A stretch of 64,000 nucleotides of DNA from Opitutales bacterium (GTDB lineage: Bacteria > Verrucomicrobiota > Verrucomicrobiia > Opitutales > UBA2987). Positions 32,199 through 41,490 of this stretch are shown here, piece by piece. The number at the start of each line of letters is the position of its first letter. Within the stretch, counting starts at the first letter, position 1. Made by a program: the position numbers and the translations under genes. The stretch covers positions 32,001 through 96,000 of the forward strand of contig CBDDEL010000015.1 in the NCBI GenBank assembly GCA_965226885.1, in the 5' to 3' direction. The notes under the pieces are model-generated. The model did not search any database, was not told where the DNA came from, and was given only the letters and a program-made list of their open reading frames with translations.

Positions 32199-32993
32199 AT
32201 GAACATTGATCCGATATTACCACGCTCCGTTATTGGCGCCCAGTTATATACCATCAGGGAGCACACGCAAACACTCGCCGATATCGAAAAGAGCCTGCGG
32301 CGGATTCGAGAAATTGGATACGAAGCTATTCAAATATCCTCCTTTGGTAAGGTAAATGCGGGCGATGTGGCAAAAATTGTGGAAGATTGCGGACTGACTG
32401 TAGCGGCGACGCATATGGATTGGCCGGTTTTCCTCGAACAAATCGATTATGTGATAGAAACGCACCATTTATGGAATTGCAGGCACACCGCCATCGGCGG
32501 CCTTGAGAAGGATAAGGATTATTTCAGTCTCGATGGCCTCAGTCGATTTATCGATGAACTGGGACCGGTGACGGAAAAACTGCATGCCGCCGGTCTCGAT
32601 TTTTCCTACCATAACCATAGTCATGAACTCGTGCGCCTGGAGGGCAAGACATGGCTGGAGCGGCTATACGAACAAACGAGCCCTGATGATCTCAAGGCGG
32701 AGATCGATGTTTACTGGATTACCGCCGGTGGGGGCGATCCCGCCCACTGGATCCGAAAAATAGGCCGTCGCCAGCCCTTGGTTCACTTAAAAGACATGGC
32801 GGTTCTTGTTGACCGAACCCAACGATATGCGGAAGTCGGCGAAGGCAATCTCAACTGGCCGCCGCTTTTAGAAGCATGCCGGGAAGTGGGCGTCGAATGG
32901 TACCTGGTGGAGCAGGATGAGTGTTATGAGAGCGATTCCTTCGACTGTCTCCAAACCAGCCTGAAAAATCTTCACGCTCTGGAATTGAGCTGA
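32199..32993 (+). CDS. Sugar phosphate isomerase/epimerase (xylose-isomerase-like TIM barrel)
   Basis: GAQLYTIR, YHNHSHE, EIDVYW, VHLKD, EVGEG, VEQD. Confidence 0.9.
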   Translation: MNIDPILPRSVIGAQLYTIREHTQTLADIEKSLRRIREIGYEAIQISSFGKVNAGDVAKIVEDCGLTVAATHMDWPVFLEQIDYVIETHHLWNCRHTAIGGLEKDKDYFSLDGLSRFIDELGPVTEKLHAAGLDFSYHNHSHELVRLEGKTWLERLYEQTSPDDLKAEIDVYWITAGGGDPAHWIRKIGRRQPLVHLKDMAVLVDRTQRYAEVGEGNLNWPPLLEACREVGVEWYLVEQDECYESDSFDCLQTSLKNLHALELS

Positions 32994-33145
32994 GGCGTTA
33001 TACGGGGCCGCCCCGTAAGCCATTGTATCCTCTGATGTTTCAAAAAAATAAACTGCGCTGCCGAGTCCTTTTCATTTTGCATCCACCGCATCCATGCATT
33101 TTAAATACTTAGCTTTGAACCATTAAATCACCAAGAAAGGAAAAT

Positions 33146-33871
33146 ATGACCGAACAGGAAATGCTGAAAGCCCTCAGAAAGATCGACACCCCGACGATTA
33201 CTAACGTAGTCGCCACTTATCCGGGCGATCCACTCTGCCTGGGACTCTACAATCCCTGGTCGGAAAACTGGTACACGGACCAATCCCTTAAATGCTGGTA
33301 TCCGGAGCTGGGCGCCTTCGCCGGTTATGCCGTCACCTGTGTCTTTAGCGTGCCCGACCCTCACTACAATAAGCTTACGTTTATGGATGTGCTCGAAGCC
33401 ATGGAAGTCTCGCCCAAGCCGTCGATATTTTGTTTCGAGCAGAAATTTCCGCCCGAGTTGGCTAACAAAGTAGGCCTTGCCGGTGGCAACATGACCTCAA
33501 TGATGATGGCGGTGGGGGCGATCGGAGCGATCTCCAACGGCCCGTCCCGGGACATCCACGAAATCCGGCCGATGAATTTTCAATACGTTACCAGTGGTAT
33601 TTCACCCGGCCATGGGGCTCAGGCGGTGCAGGCGGTCAACGTGCCGGTGCATATCTCGGGCATGGACGTGGCCCCCGGCGAGATCGTGCACATGGACGAA
33701 AACGGGGCCTGCAAGTTTCCCGCCGATAAACTGGAGGCGGTTCTGGAAAACGCGACCAAGTTGCTGGCCACGGAAGATGATCGAGTAGGAAGATTGTTAA
33801 AAGCAAAGGGCCTTGATGAAGTGAAGGCGATTGTGGCCGGCCATCATTATGTGAAGAAAGAGGGTGAATGA
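33146..33871 (+). CDS. RraA/HMG-aldolase family protein
   Basis: DTPTITN, GYAVT, NGPSRDI, VAPGEIVHMDENG. Confidence 0.87.
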   Translation: MTEQEMLKALRKIDTPTITNVVATYPGDPLCLGLYNPWSENWYTDQSLKCWYPELGAFAGYAVTCVFSVPDPHYNKLTFMDVLEAMEVSPKPSIFCFEQKFPPELANKVGLAGGNMTSMMMAVGAIGAISNGPSRDIHEIRPMNFQYVTSGISPGHGAQAVQAVNVPVHISGMDVAPGEIVHMDENGACKFPADKLEAVLENATKLLATEDDRVGRLLKAKGLDEVKAIVAGHHYVKKEGE

Positions 33872-33999
33872 GGCTCACCTTTTTCATCGACGGATTACAC
33901 GAATAAGCACCTCTAACTTTAAACAGTGATGCCGACGCTTTTCCTGCATTCAATAAGGATGGCTCGGGCTAGGAAATCAAGCTAGGCATTGAGGGATAC

Positions 34000-35502
34000 T
34001 TAAAATTGATATTTGCCGCGATCTCCGATAAGGCGTTCGCCCGTTTCCGTATTGACATAAACAGGGGAAGGCTTGCTGTCGAGAATGTGTTTCAGCCATA
34101 CTTTTTTCTCATCGCTCCACATCAGGGGGTATTTTTCCCGGGAAGTCCAAAGATGACCCAGGCTCATTGTCTTGAACCAAAAAGAATCGGTTGCCGCGCC
34201 CACATCGTAGCAGTAAAGCCAGCCATGAGTTTGATGGTATACGGCCGGAAATTTATGTATTTCCAAAGAGCCTAGCCAGGGCGAATAGATGGTGTGTTGC
34301 GAGAGGGACTCGATTTCACCGAAGTAATTGGCAACGCCGGTCTGGAACTCATTGACCTCAACCGTTATGGGTATGATGAGGGCCTTGTTGCCTTGGCGGG
34401 GAAAAGCCTCTGTCCCACTCTGTATCAATTCGAACTCGATGGTGTAATGGCCGGTTTTGCCGGGAGCGATTTGCAAAAGCTCAAATTTTGCGGTTTCACC
34501 CGGATGGCAGTCCTCCGACAGGTTTGCCCGTTGGGTTTTAAGAATGCCTTCAGCTTCATTTAACCAGTCATACTTCAATCGAATCCAATATTGAAAATTT
34601 TCTGATCCAATGGCTCTCCAAAGGGAATCGCTAGTATTTTTAACAACTACATTGATGGCAAATTGTTGGTATTTATAGACAATCCATGCTGCTTGATCCG
34701 TTGTCATAGTAGAGCGAAAGCCATTTTCGGGCAATTTTTTGACGAAATCCGAGCGATCAAAATCCCGGACTTTTTTACTGGTTTCCCGGAATTGTGTCTC
34801 CCATTGCGAGTTAATTTCACTACGAGTGGGAATAAAGCCAAGGTCATCCAGGGAAGGGATTTTCTGGCATGACAGGCTGAGAAAATCCAGAATTTCATTC
34901 AAAGTCTTATCATAGTCGCCAATTAATATTTCATAAGTGATTTCGTAAAAGTCGAAATTTCCGTTTTTGAGGAATGTCTTCCAGTTCAATTCCTGTTCCT
35001 CCAGGTTGCGCATAAGGGCATTGATGTCGAAATAATCGAAGCGCAGGCCCCGTTCCTCAATCCGGAATTCACGGTTATTGTGCCAAACGTTAGATTGCAC
35101 GGATTTGAATAATGATATGGCTTGTTTCAACCGGTCTTCCCTGCGTATAAAAATCATTTTGACGTCTGGAAAAAACTCGGCCAGCAGACTTTGCATAGTC
35201 AGATTTTGTAACTGCGGGAGGTTAGTTTTCAAACCGGAGATTATATCTTCAAGCTGATACCACATTATTTTCTGTCCGAAGACACCATTATCGGTGCGGG
35301 TGGCGGCAACCACTCTGCTAACGCATTCAGACAAAGGGACATCCTGCGGCAGATCAAATCTCCCCTTCCAAACGGCGAGAGTTTCCTCCTTAAAAAATTC
35401 CTGTGGATTGCCGGCCAGACCCGTTTTGGCCAGGGCCGCGCCCAGCAAGGTGCTGCCCGACCGGGGCAGAGAACAGATGATATAGGAATTGTTTATTTGC
35501 AT
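34000..35502 (-). CDS. Stf0-family sulfotransferase with an Ig-like domain and an aromatic-rich C-terminal domain
   Basis: PAPS-binding PRSGSTLL, G-x-P-x-EFF, FGQKIMW, RREDRLKQAIS. Ig-like segment VKNTS..W...PGE....APGKTGHY. W/Y-rich tail. Confidence 0.85.
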   Translation of the reverse strand: MQINNSYIICSLPRSGSTLLGAALAKTGLAGNPQEFFKEETLAVWKGRFDLPQDVPLSECVSRVVAATRTDNGVFGQKIMWYQLEDIISGLKTNLPQLQNLTMQSLLAEFFPDVKMIFIRREDRLKQAISLFKSVQSNVWHNNREFRIEERGLRFDYFDINALMRNLEEQELNWKTFLKNGNFDFYEITYEILIGDYDKTLNEILDFLSLSCQKIPSLDDLGFIPTRSEINSQWETQFRETSKKVRDFDRSDFVKKLPENGFRSTMTTDQAAWIVYKYQQFAINVVVKNTSDSLWRAIGSENFQYWIRLKYDWLNEAEGILKTQRANLSEDCHPGETAKFELLQIAPGKTGHYTIEFELIQSGTEAFPRQGNKALIIPITVEVNEFQTGVANYFGEIESLSQHTIYSPWLGSLEIHKFPAVYHQTHGWLYCYDVGAATDSFWFKTMSLGHLWTSREKYPLMWSDEKKVWLKHILDSKPSPVYVNTETGERLIGDRGKYQF

Positions 35503-35539
35503 AGGATTTTCCTGGCGGAAAGCTGGAGTAGAGCCCAGC

Positions 35540-38317
35540 CTATTTACCCATTTGGTTCTGGGAACGAACGAAGCGCATGCCCAGAATGCGAGCCAGGTTG
35601 AGGTAAACCTTGGTTGCCAGGCGGGGCGAGGTACGCTGGATTTTTTCTAGGGACTCCCAGTCGATGGAGAGTATCTGGGCATCGGTCCGGGAGTGTATGT
35701 CGGCGGTTCTTTTACACCGTGCCATGAGCGCTATTTCGCCAAAGGCATCACCCATTTTCAAATTGTTGAGGATGACTTTTTTACCCTCGAAAGTCTTGGA
35801 AACTTCTAAATCGCCCTCTACGACGACGTACATTTCGTTGCCCCATTGGCCGTCGACAATGATATGCTCGCCCGCTTTGCAATCGATCAACTGGGAGAGG
35901 AGGAGGAATTTTTTCACCTGCATGCTGCTCATGCCCTGGAACAGGGTGGAGCGTTCCCGCAACGATTTTCGAAGCTCCAGGCCGAGGAGGTCCCAAATGG
36001 TGATGAGACGAATGGTGGATAAGAGGGCAGGAGTGAGGATAATATCGGTGATGACCGCCATAACGACAACAAATGCGCTCAGTATGCCGAATTGCTGGAC
36101 GGGAACAAAACTGGAAAAGCCCAGGGTGAGAAAACCACCGGAAAGCCCCAGCGTGGTGACCAGAACCGGAATAAGCTCATCTTTGAGGGCTTGGTGGAGT
36201 GCTTTTTTCTCGTCCTTGAGGTTTTTCAGTTCCTTGTTGTAGCGGACCATCAAATGCAGGGTATCGTCCACCCCGATGCCGATGGTGATGGCCGCCACCA
36301 TGCAGGTGCCTACATTGAGGGGTATGCCCAGTATCCCCATGACGGCAAAGAGAACCACGACCGAGAACATGTTCGCCATGACCGCGTATATACCGCAGCG
36401 CAGGGAGACGAAGAGAACGCAGATGATGACAAAAAGCAGGCCCGCGATGCTCCCCAGGGAAGCGATCTGACTGACGGCGATTTTATCCACAGCGGCCGAA
36501 ACGAGGACTGCCTTGCCCGTGATGGTGTAAATTTGCGGCCCGTAGCGGCCGCTGTCGATCTCGTGGCGTATTTCATCCATCAACCGGTTAAAGTGAGTGC
36601 TGTTGTTGACGTGGGTGCGAATCACCATATTGGCCTGCGAGTAATCGGCATTGACCAGGTTTTCGATATCGCTGCGATGGAAAAAAAGCAGGTATTGGGC
36701 TATGGCCGAATCTTTGTCCGGAATCTCATAGCGCTGCTCGTTACCGCTGAACATTTCCTGGTTGACGAGGCTGATGTAATCGGCCAGCGAGGTAACGGTA
36801 TCGAAATCCTCAATGGATTTGAGGCTTTTCCCGATCGCTTTGAGTTGTTTGAGCTTTCCCGCTGTTTTAAAGTCTCCGGTATTGCCCTTAAAGGTCACAT
36901 AAACGACTTTCGAGCCGGACAAGCGCTCGGTTGCCCTGTTGATTTGTTGAACGGTCTCGGAATCCGGCCGGAGAAATGAGAGGAGGTCGTTGTCCAGCTG
37001 CACGGTTGAGGCAAAGTAAAATGCCGGTATGGACAGGGCTATGAATATAAGAATGATGCGGATCGGGTGAGTGGCAATTTTTTCTATTATGCCGTCGGCC
37101 AGACGATCCGTATTGTGCCTCAGCCACTGGCTCTTGGGTTTGCCTTCCTTTCGGGGTTTTGCAGGAAAAAGCTTCTCCGACAGGCTCAGGTAGGCGGGAA
37201 GAAAAAAGACCGTGGTCAGAAACCGGAAAAAGAGGCCCATGGCGGCGGTGTGCCCAAAATGCTGCATGCCGCGTATCTCCGTCAGGCTGGTAGCAGCAAA
37301 ACCGAAGGTGGTGGTGCAGGCTGTCAGGACAAGAGTGAGGCCTACCTTGCGGCCGGTCAGCAGCACTGCATCTTTTCCACTCTTTTGACCGCGTTCCCTA
37401 AGATCTTTGTATTCGGTCAGAAAATGAACGTCTTCCGTCGCACCGACGATCAGGATGATGGCCGGAACGATGTAATTGAGCATATTGAGTGGAATACCCA
37501 GCCAGGTCATCATGCCGAGGGTCCACACCGTGCTCAGCAGGGCATTGAGCAGAGGCAGCACCGAGGAGTTGAAATTGCGGAGGGCGGAACCAATCAGGAT
37601 GGCGATGAAAAAGCCGGCCAGAGGCAGCAGCAAACGTTGGTCCTGTTTGATATAATTGGCCATTCGCACTTGCAGGGCAGGTGAGCCAATCTGGAAAATG
37701 CTGTCGAAATCTTCTTCAAAATCTTCCAGGATGCGCTCCACCCCGGCATACAATTCCCGGTCGGTTTTATCTTCATTTGGTCCAGCCTCGACCTTGGCAC
37801 TATTGTTTTTGCCCAGATAGAGGGTGAGTATGGTCGCCTGGCCGTCTTTCGAGATGACGGTTCGCAGGAGCAGCGGGTTGGTTATGGCCTGCTGCCGTTT
37901 ATCTTCCAGATCGGCGGCATCGTCTGGAACCCGATCCAGCAGAGGGCCTGTCTCCAGCCACCCATCGCTTCCTATTATATGATTAACGGTAAAAATGCTC
38001 TCCACCCGCTCGACCGAGGCGAGTCCCTCCTCGTTGCCGTCGGAAAGCCGATTGTTCAACTCCTGTAGGCGTTTCATGGGACCGGGTGTGAAGAGGTCGG
38101 CGTCCTCGACATAAACGGCCGCGATTTTGTCGGAGCCAAAGGTTTCCAAGGCAGCTTCGTAATCCTTTCGCAGGGGGCTGTCCTTGGGCAGGAGTTGGTC
38201 GGAGTTGACCTCCAGCCTTAAATTTCTGGCCATGTAAGCTCCCGCCGCAGTGAGCAGAGCGGTAGCCAGAAAGACCAGCAGGGCGTGCCTATGGCTGAAT
38301 GTAAGCAACTTCCACAT
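35540..38317 (-). CDS. MMPL/RND-family transporter fused to a C-terminal cyclic-nucleotide-binding domain
   Basis: Two repeats of TM plus large loop plus ~5 TM, with IGIGVDDTLH. C-terminal GEHII..G..GNEMYVVVEG...FGEIAL...RTAD. Confidence 0.9.
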   Translation of the reverse strand: MWKLLTFSHRHALLVFLATALLTAAGAYMARNLRLEVNSDQLLPKDSPLRKDYEAALETFGSDKIAAVYVEDADLFTPGPMKRLQELNNRLSDGNEEGLASVERVESIFTVNHIIGSDGWLETGPLLDRVPDDAADLEDKRQQAITNPLLLRTVISKDGQATILTLYLGKNNSAKVEAGPNEDKTDRELYAGVERILEDFEEDFDSIFQIGSPALQVRMANYIKQDQRLLLPLAGFFIAILIGSALRNFNSSVLPLLNALLSTVWTLGMMTWLGIPLNMLNYIVPAIILIVGATEDVHFLTEYKDLRERGQKSGKDAVLLTGRKVGLTLVLTACTTTFGFAATSLTEIRGMQHFGHTAAMGLFFRFLTTVFFLPAYLSLSEKLFPAKPRKEGKPKSQWLRHNTDRLADGIIEKIATHPIRIILIFIALSIPAFYFASTVQLDNDLLSFLRPDSETVQQINRATERLSGSKVVYVTFKGNTGDFKTAGKLKQLKAIGKSLKSIEDFDTVTSLADYISLVNQEMFSGNEQRYEIPDKDSAIAQYLLFFHRSDIENLVNADYSQANMVIRTHVNNSTHFNRLMDEIRHEIDSGRYGPQIYTITGKAVLVSAAVDKIAVSQIASLGSIAGLLFVIICVLFVSLRCGIYAVMANMFSVVVLFAVMGILGIPLNVGTCMVAAITIGIGVDDTLHLMVRYNKELKNLKDEKKALHQALKDELIPVLVTTLGLSGGFLTLGFSSFVPVQQFGILSAFVVVMAVITDIILTPALLSTIRLITIWDLLGLELRKSLRERSTLFQGMSSMQVKKFLLLSQLIDCKAGEHIIVDGQWGNEMYVVVEGDLEVSKTFEGKKVILNNLKMGDAFGEIALMARCKRTADIHSRTDAQILSIDWESLEKIQRTSPRLATKVYLNLARILGMRFVRSQNQMGK

Positions 38318-38360
38318 GGATAGATTGAGGACTTACAGGACCAGGCCAGAAGGCCATTTG

Positions 38361-39224
38361 TCAACGGGGTTGATTGAAGATTGCCTCAATTTGTTCATCA
38401 TACTCTGACTTCCAGTTTTGTAGCGATTCGGGGCGCAAGAGATTTTCTATTTCGGCGGATTCGTAAACCCCATTGGTCACCACGATGAGGGAGGTAGTAT
38501 CTTTGAGGTGGTGTGTCATTTCCGCGCGGCTGGCCATGGCGGATCCATTTTTTCCGCCTACATTTTTATATTGAGTGAATCGGAGTGTTTTGAGCAGTTT
38601 TACTTCACCGATATAGAATTCGATTTTTAAAATGGTATAGTCATCGCTCGAAATCCATAATTCGCGTTTTGCGTAACCGGTGTTCTCAGTGGATTCTTTG
38701 TCAATCGGGAGGGCCGTGATTCTAAAACACTGAACATCATCCACATAATCGTCCAGACCTCGTTTGTATTGGTAATTTGCGGGGGTTTCCGGGAGGAGGT
38801 CTTCATAGGCGAAATCGGAGCCCATGAAATAACCTTTTTGGCCTGAACCGGAAATTTTCCTCAACTGGCCGAGTGCTGGCAAATAGAGGGTTTGCTCGTA
38901 GGCATTTCCTTCCTCCAGTTTGCTCAGCAAAGCCACTCCTCGGATGGCCTCCGGGTTGACGAAGCGCAGCAATGAATACTGTGTTTTGCGGTCGTCTTCA
39001 TGGAAGAGGCGGAGGATTTCCCGCATTTCAATATTCCCCCGGCTGTCGATGGTGACCATTTTTATGTTTTCAATTTTTGTCGAAAGGCCATGCCGGTTTA
39101 AATATTCGTTGATAACATTTCGCCCGGTTACGCTTTCCCTGCGAAACCCGTATAAAAATAAAGAGCAGGCCGCGGCCAAAGCCGCCAAGACCAAAAATGG
39201 GGGAGCGTTTTTTCGGGGTTTCAT
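38361..39224 (-). CDS. Outer-membrane lipoprotein-sorting (LolA-like) protein
   Basis: N-terminal signal/anchor, F..PEAIRGVALL, LYLPALGQLRKI, FMGSDFAYEDL, KLLKTL. Confidence 0.87.
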   Translation of the reverse strand: MKPRKNAPPFLVLAALAAACSLFLYGFRRESVTGRNVINEYLNRHGLSTKIENIKMVTIDSRGNIEMREILRLFHEDDRKTQYSLLRFVNPEAIRGVALLSKLEEGNAYEQTLYLPALGQLRKISGSGQKGYFMGSDFAYEDLLPETPANYQYKRGLDDYVDDVQCFRITALPIDKESTENTGYAKRELWISSDDYTILKIEFYIGEVKLLKTLRFTQYKNVGGKNGSAMASRAEMTHHLKDTTSLIVVTNGVYESAEIENLLRPESLQNWKSEYDEQIEAIFNQPR

Positions 39225-39424
39225 TCTACCGGCCGGATGAAAGCTGATTGACCTACTTTACACTGTCGGTCCGCCATTTCAATATATTTGCGACCCCTTC
39301 TGGATGTGTCCATTTTTTATCCTGTCACCGGGGACGAATAAGCCTAATATTCTTTTTATCAGTCCATTTATGGGTTGAAAATTACCTTTACGGCGGGATG
39401 CCCTGGTTCATACTCCCAAAATCT

Positions 39425-40204
39425 ATGAAGCATCTTGAAAATAAAGTCATCCTGGTGACCGGCGCGGGCCAGGGAATGGGTAGGGGAATCGCGTTGGCTG
39501 TCTCTCAGGCGGGAGCCAAAGTAGTTGCCGGTGATCTCCATCTTGAAGGGGTCGAAGAAACGATTGCGCTGGTGGAAGAAGCCGGCGGGACCGGGTTGGC
39601 TCTTTTTCTGGATGTGACCAAAGCGGATACGATTTCGGCGGCTGTGGAGAAAATTGTCCAGGAATTCGGCCGGTTGGACGGTTTGGTCAACAATGCCGGT
39701 GTGGTGCGTATAAGCCCCGCGTTGGATTCTCCTCCCGAGGAGCGCGCCCTGCAATTCGACGTCAATGTGGAGGGGGTTTTTCTATGCAGCCAGATTGCCG
39801 CCCGGCAAATGATTTCCCAGGACAGTGGCGGGTCCATGGTCAACATCGCCTCTGAGGCAGGCAAAGTCGGCCACATGGACATGGCGGGCTATAATGCAAG
39901 CAAGGCGGCCGTCATCAGTATGTCCCGATCCTTTGCCCTCGAGTGGAGCAAATACCGCATCAACGTAAATGCGGTCTGCCCCGGCGGTGTGGAAACCCCA
40001 ATGCTTCTGGACGTGGCCAAATGGATTGCCCAGCGGGACGGGGGAGACCCCCATGAAATCGTTAGAACCCTGCATCCGCCTCAGTTGGGCCGAAACATAC
40101 AACCCATTGAAATCGGTCGCGTGGTAGCCTTCCTGCTATCTGATGATGCCATTATCATCCGGGGCCAGGCCGTAAATGTTGATGGCGGGGAGACTCCTTA
40201 TTAG
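39425..40204 (+). CDS. Short-chain dehydrogenase/reductase
   Basis: VTGAGQGMG, NNAG, YNASK, NAVCPG. Start reset to ATG 39425. Confidence 0.93.
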   Translation: MKHLENKVILVTGAGQGMGRGIALAVSQAGAKVVAGDLHLEGVEETIALVEEAGGTGLALFLDVTKADTISAAVEKIVQEFGRLDGLVNNAGVVRISPALDSPPEERALQFDVNVEGVFLCSQIAARQMISQDSGGSMVNIASEAGKVGHMDMAGYNASKAAVISMSRSFALEWSKYRINVNAVCPGGVETPMLLDVAKWIAQRDGGDPHEIVRTLHPPQLGRNIQPIEIGRVVAFLLSDDAIIIRGQAVNVDGGETPY

Positions 40205-40273
40205 ATAGGGGATGCTTGATGCTGGATGGTGACACTTCAAAAAATGCCATATAACCTAATGTTTGTTTATTAG

Positions 40274-41458
40274 ATGAAGGCGGCGCTCCTTGTGATCGAC
40301 AGTTTTGGGATTGGGGCGTTGCCGGATGCCGGAAACTATGGTGATGAAGGTTCCAATACCGCCCTGCATATTTGCCAAAACGTGCCGGAGGTTCATCTTC
40401 CCAACTTAACCCGGCTTGGCCTTGGTAATTGTTCCGAGATTTTGGGCAATCCGCTGCCGGGCGTTCCGGCCCAGTCCGCCCCCCTCGCTTCCTGCGGTGT
40501 GATGCGGGAAATGTCTTCCGGCAAGGACACCACGACCGGCCATTGGGAACTCGCGGGCATCATTCTGGACAAGCATTTCCATACCTTTCCGGCCAAAGCG
40601 CCCTCCTTTCCGGAAGAGATTTTAGGGCCTTTTCGGAAGACTTTCAGGGTGGATGTCCTGGGCAACGAGTCGGCCTCGGGAGTTGAAATTATCGGTCGTC
40701 TGGGCGAGGAGCATGTGCGAAGCGGCCATCCCATTGTTTACACCTCGGCCGATTCGGTTTTACAAGTGGCAGCCCACGAGGAAATTATTCCATTGGAGAG
40801 GCTTTATGAGATGTGCCGGGTCCTGCGGCGGCTGTGCGATCCACTGCTCGTGGGCCGGGTCATCGCCCGACCCTTCGTGGGTGAATCGGGAAATTTTGAG
40901 CGCACCGTCAATCGCAAGGATTTCAGTCTGCCCCTGCCCCAAACGACCATTTTCGACTTGTTGAGCGAACATGGCGTCAAAACCATTGCGGTAGGGAAAA
41001 TCGGGGATATTTTCAATGAACAGGGAATCGATGAAAGTTTCCATGATAAGGGGAATCCCGCCTGTCTGGAACGGACCTTGAAGATTTTGTTAGGCCGGGA
41101 CAGGGAAAAGGAATCATTTTTCATGTTCGTCAATTATGTCGATACGGATATGTATTACGGGCACCGCAGGGATGTTCAGGGCTACTACGACGCCCTCGCC
41201 GAGATCGACCGATGCCTGGGCCAGATGATGGAGGCCCTGCACCCGGGGGATCTTCTCATGGTGACCGCGGATCATGGTTGCGATCCTACCTTCGGCGGTT
41301 CCGACCACACCCGTGAATATGTTCCCATGCTGTATTATCGAAAGGGATCGGCGGGGCGGAATATCGGCATAAGGGACAGCTTTTCCGATTGCGCCCAAAG
41401 CCTTGCGGCCTGTTTCGGCGTCAACCCCCTTCCCCATGGGGTAAGTTTCTTTTTGTAA
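40274..41458 (+). CDS. deoB: Phosphopentomutase
   Basis: VIDSFGIG, GKDTTTGHWE, YTSADSV, GHRRD, TADHGCDP, DHTRE. Confidence 0.96.
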   Translation: MKAALLVIDSFGIGALPDAGNYGDEGSNTALHICQNVPEVHLPNLTRLGLGNCSEILGNPLPGVPAQSAPLASCGVMREMSSGKDTTTGHWELAGIILDKHFHTFPAKAPSFPEEILGPFRKTFRVDVLGNESASGVEIIGRLGEEHVRSGHPIVYTSADSVLQVAAHEEIIPLERLYEMCRVLRRLCDPLLVGRVIARPFVGESGNFERTVNRKDFSLPLPQTTIFDLLSEHGVKTIAVGKIGDIFNEQGIDESFHDKGNPACLERTLKILLGRDREKESFFMFVNYVDTDMYYGHRRDVQGYYDALAEIDRCLGQMMEALHPGDLLMVTADHGCDPTFGGSDHTREYVPMLYYRKGSAGRNIGIRDSFSDCAQSLAACFGVNPLPHGVSFFL

Positions 41459-41490
41459 ATTAATTTTTTTGCGTTACCTAAGACAGAATA

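Noticed and set aside
33001..33017. TACGGGG-CCG-CCCCGTA hairpin as a terminator or REP
   Set aside because: No adjacent U-tract and no second copy noticed in the window.
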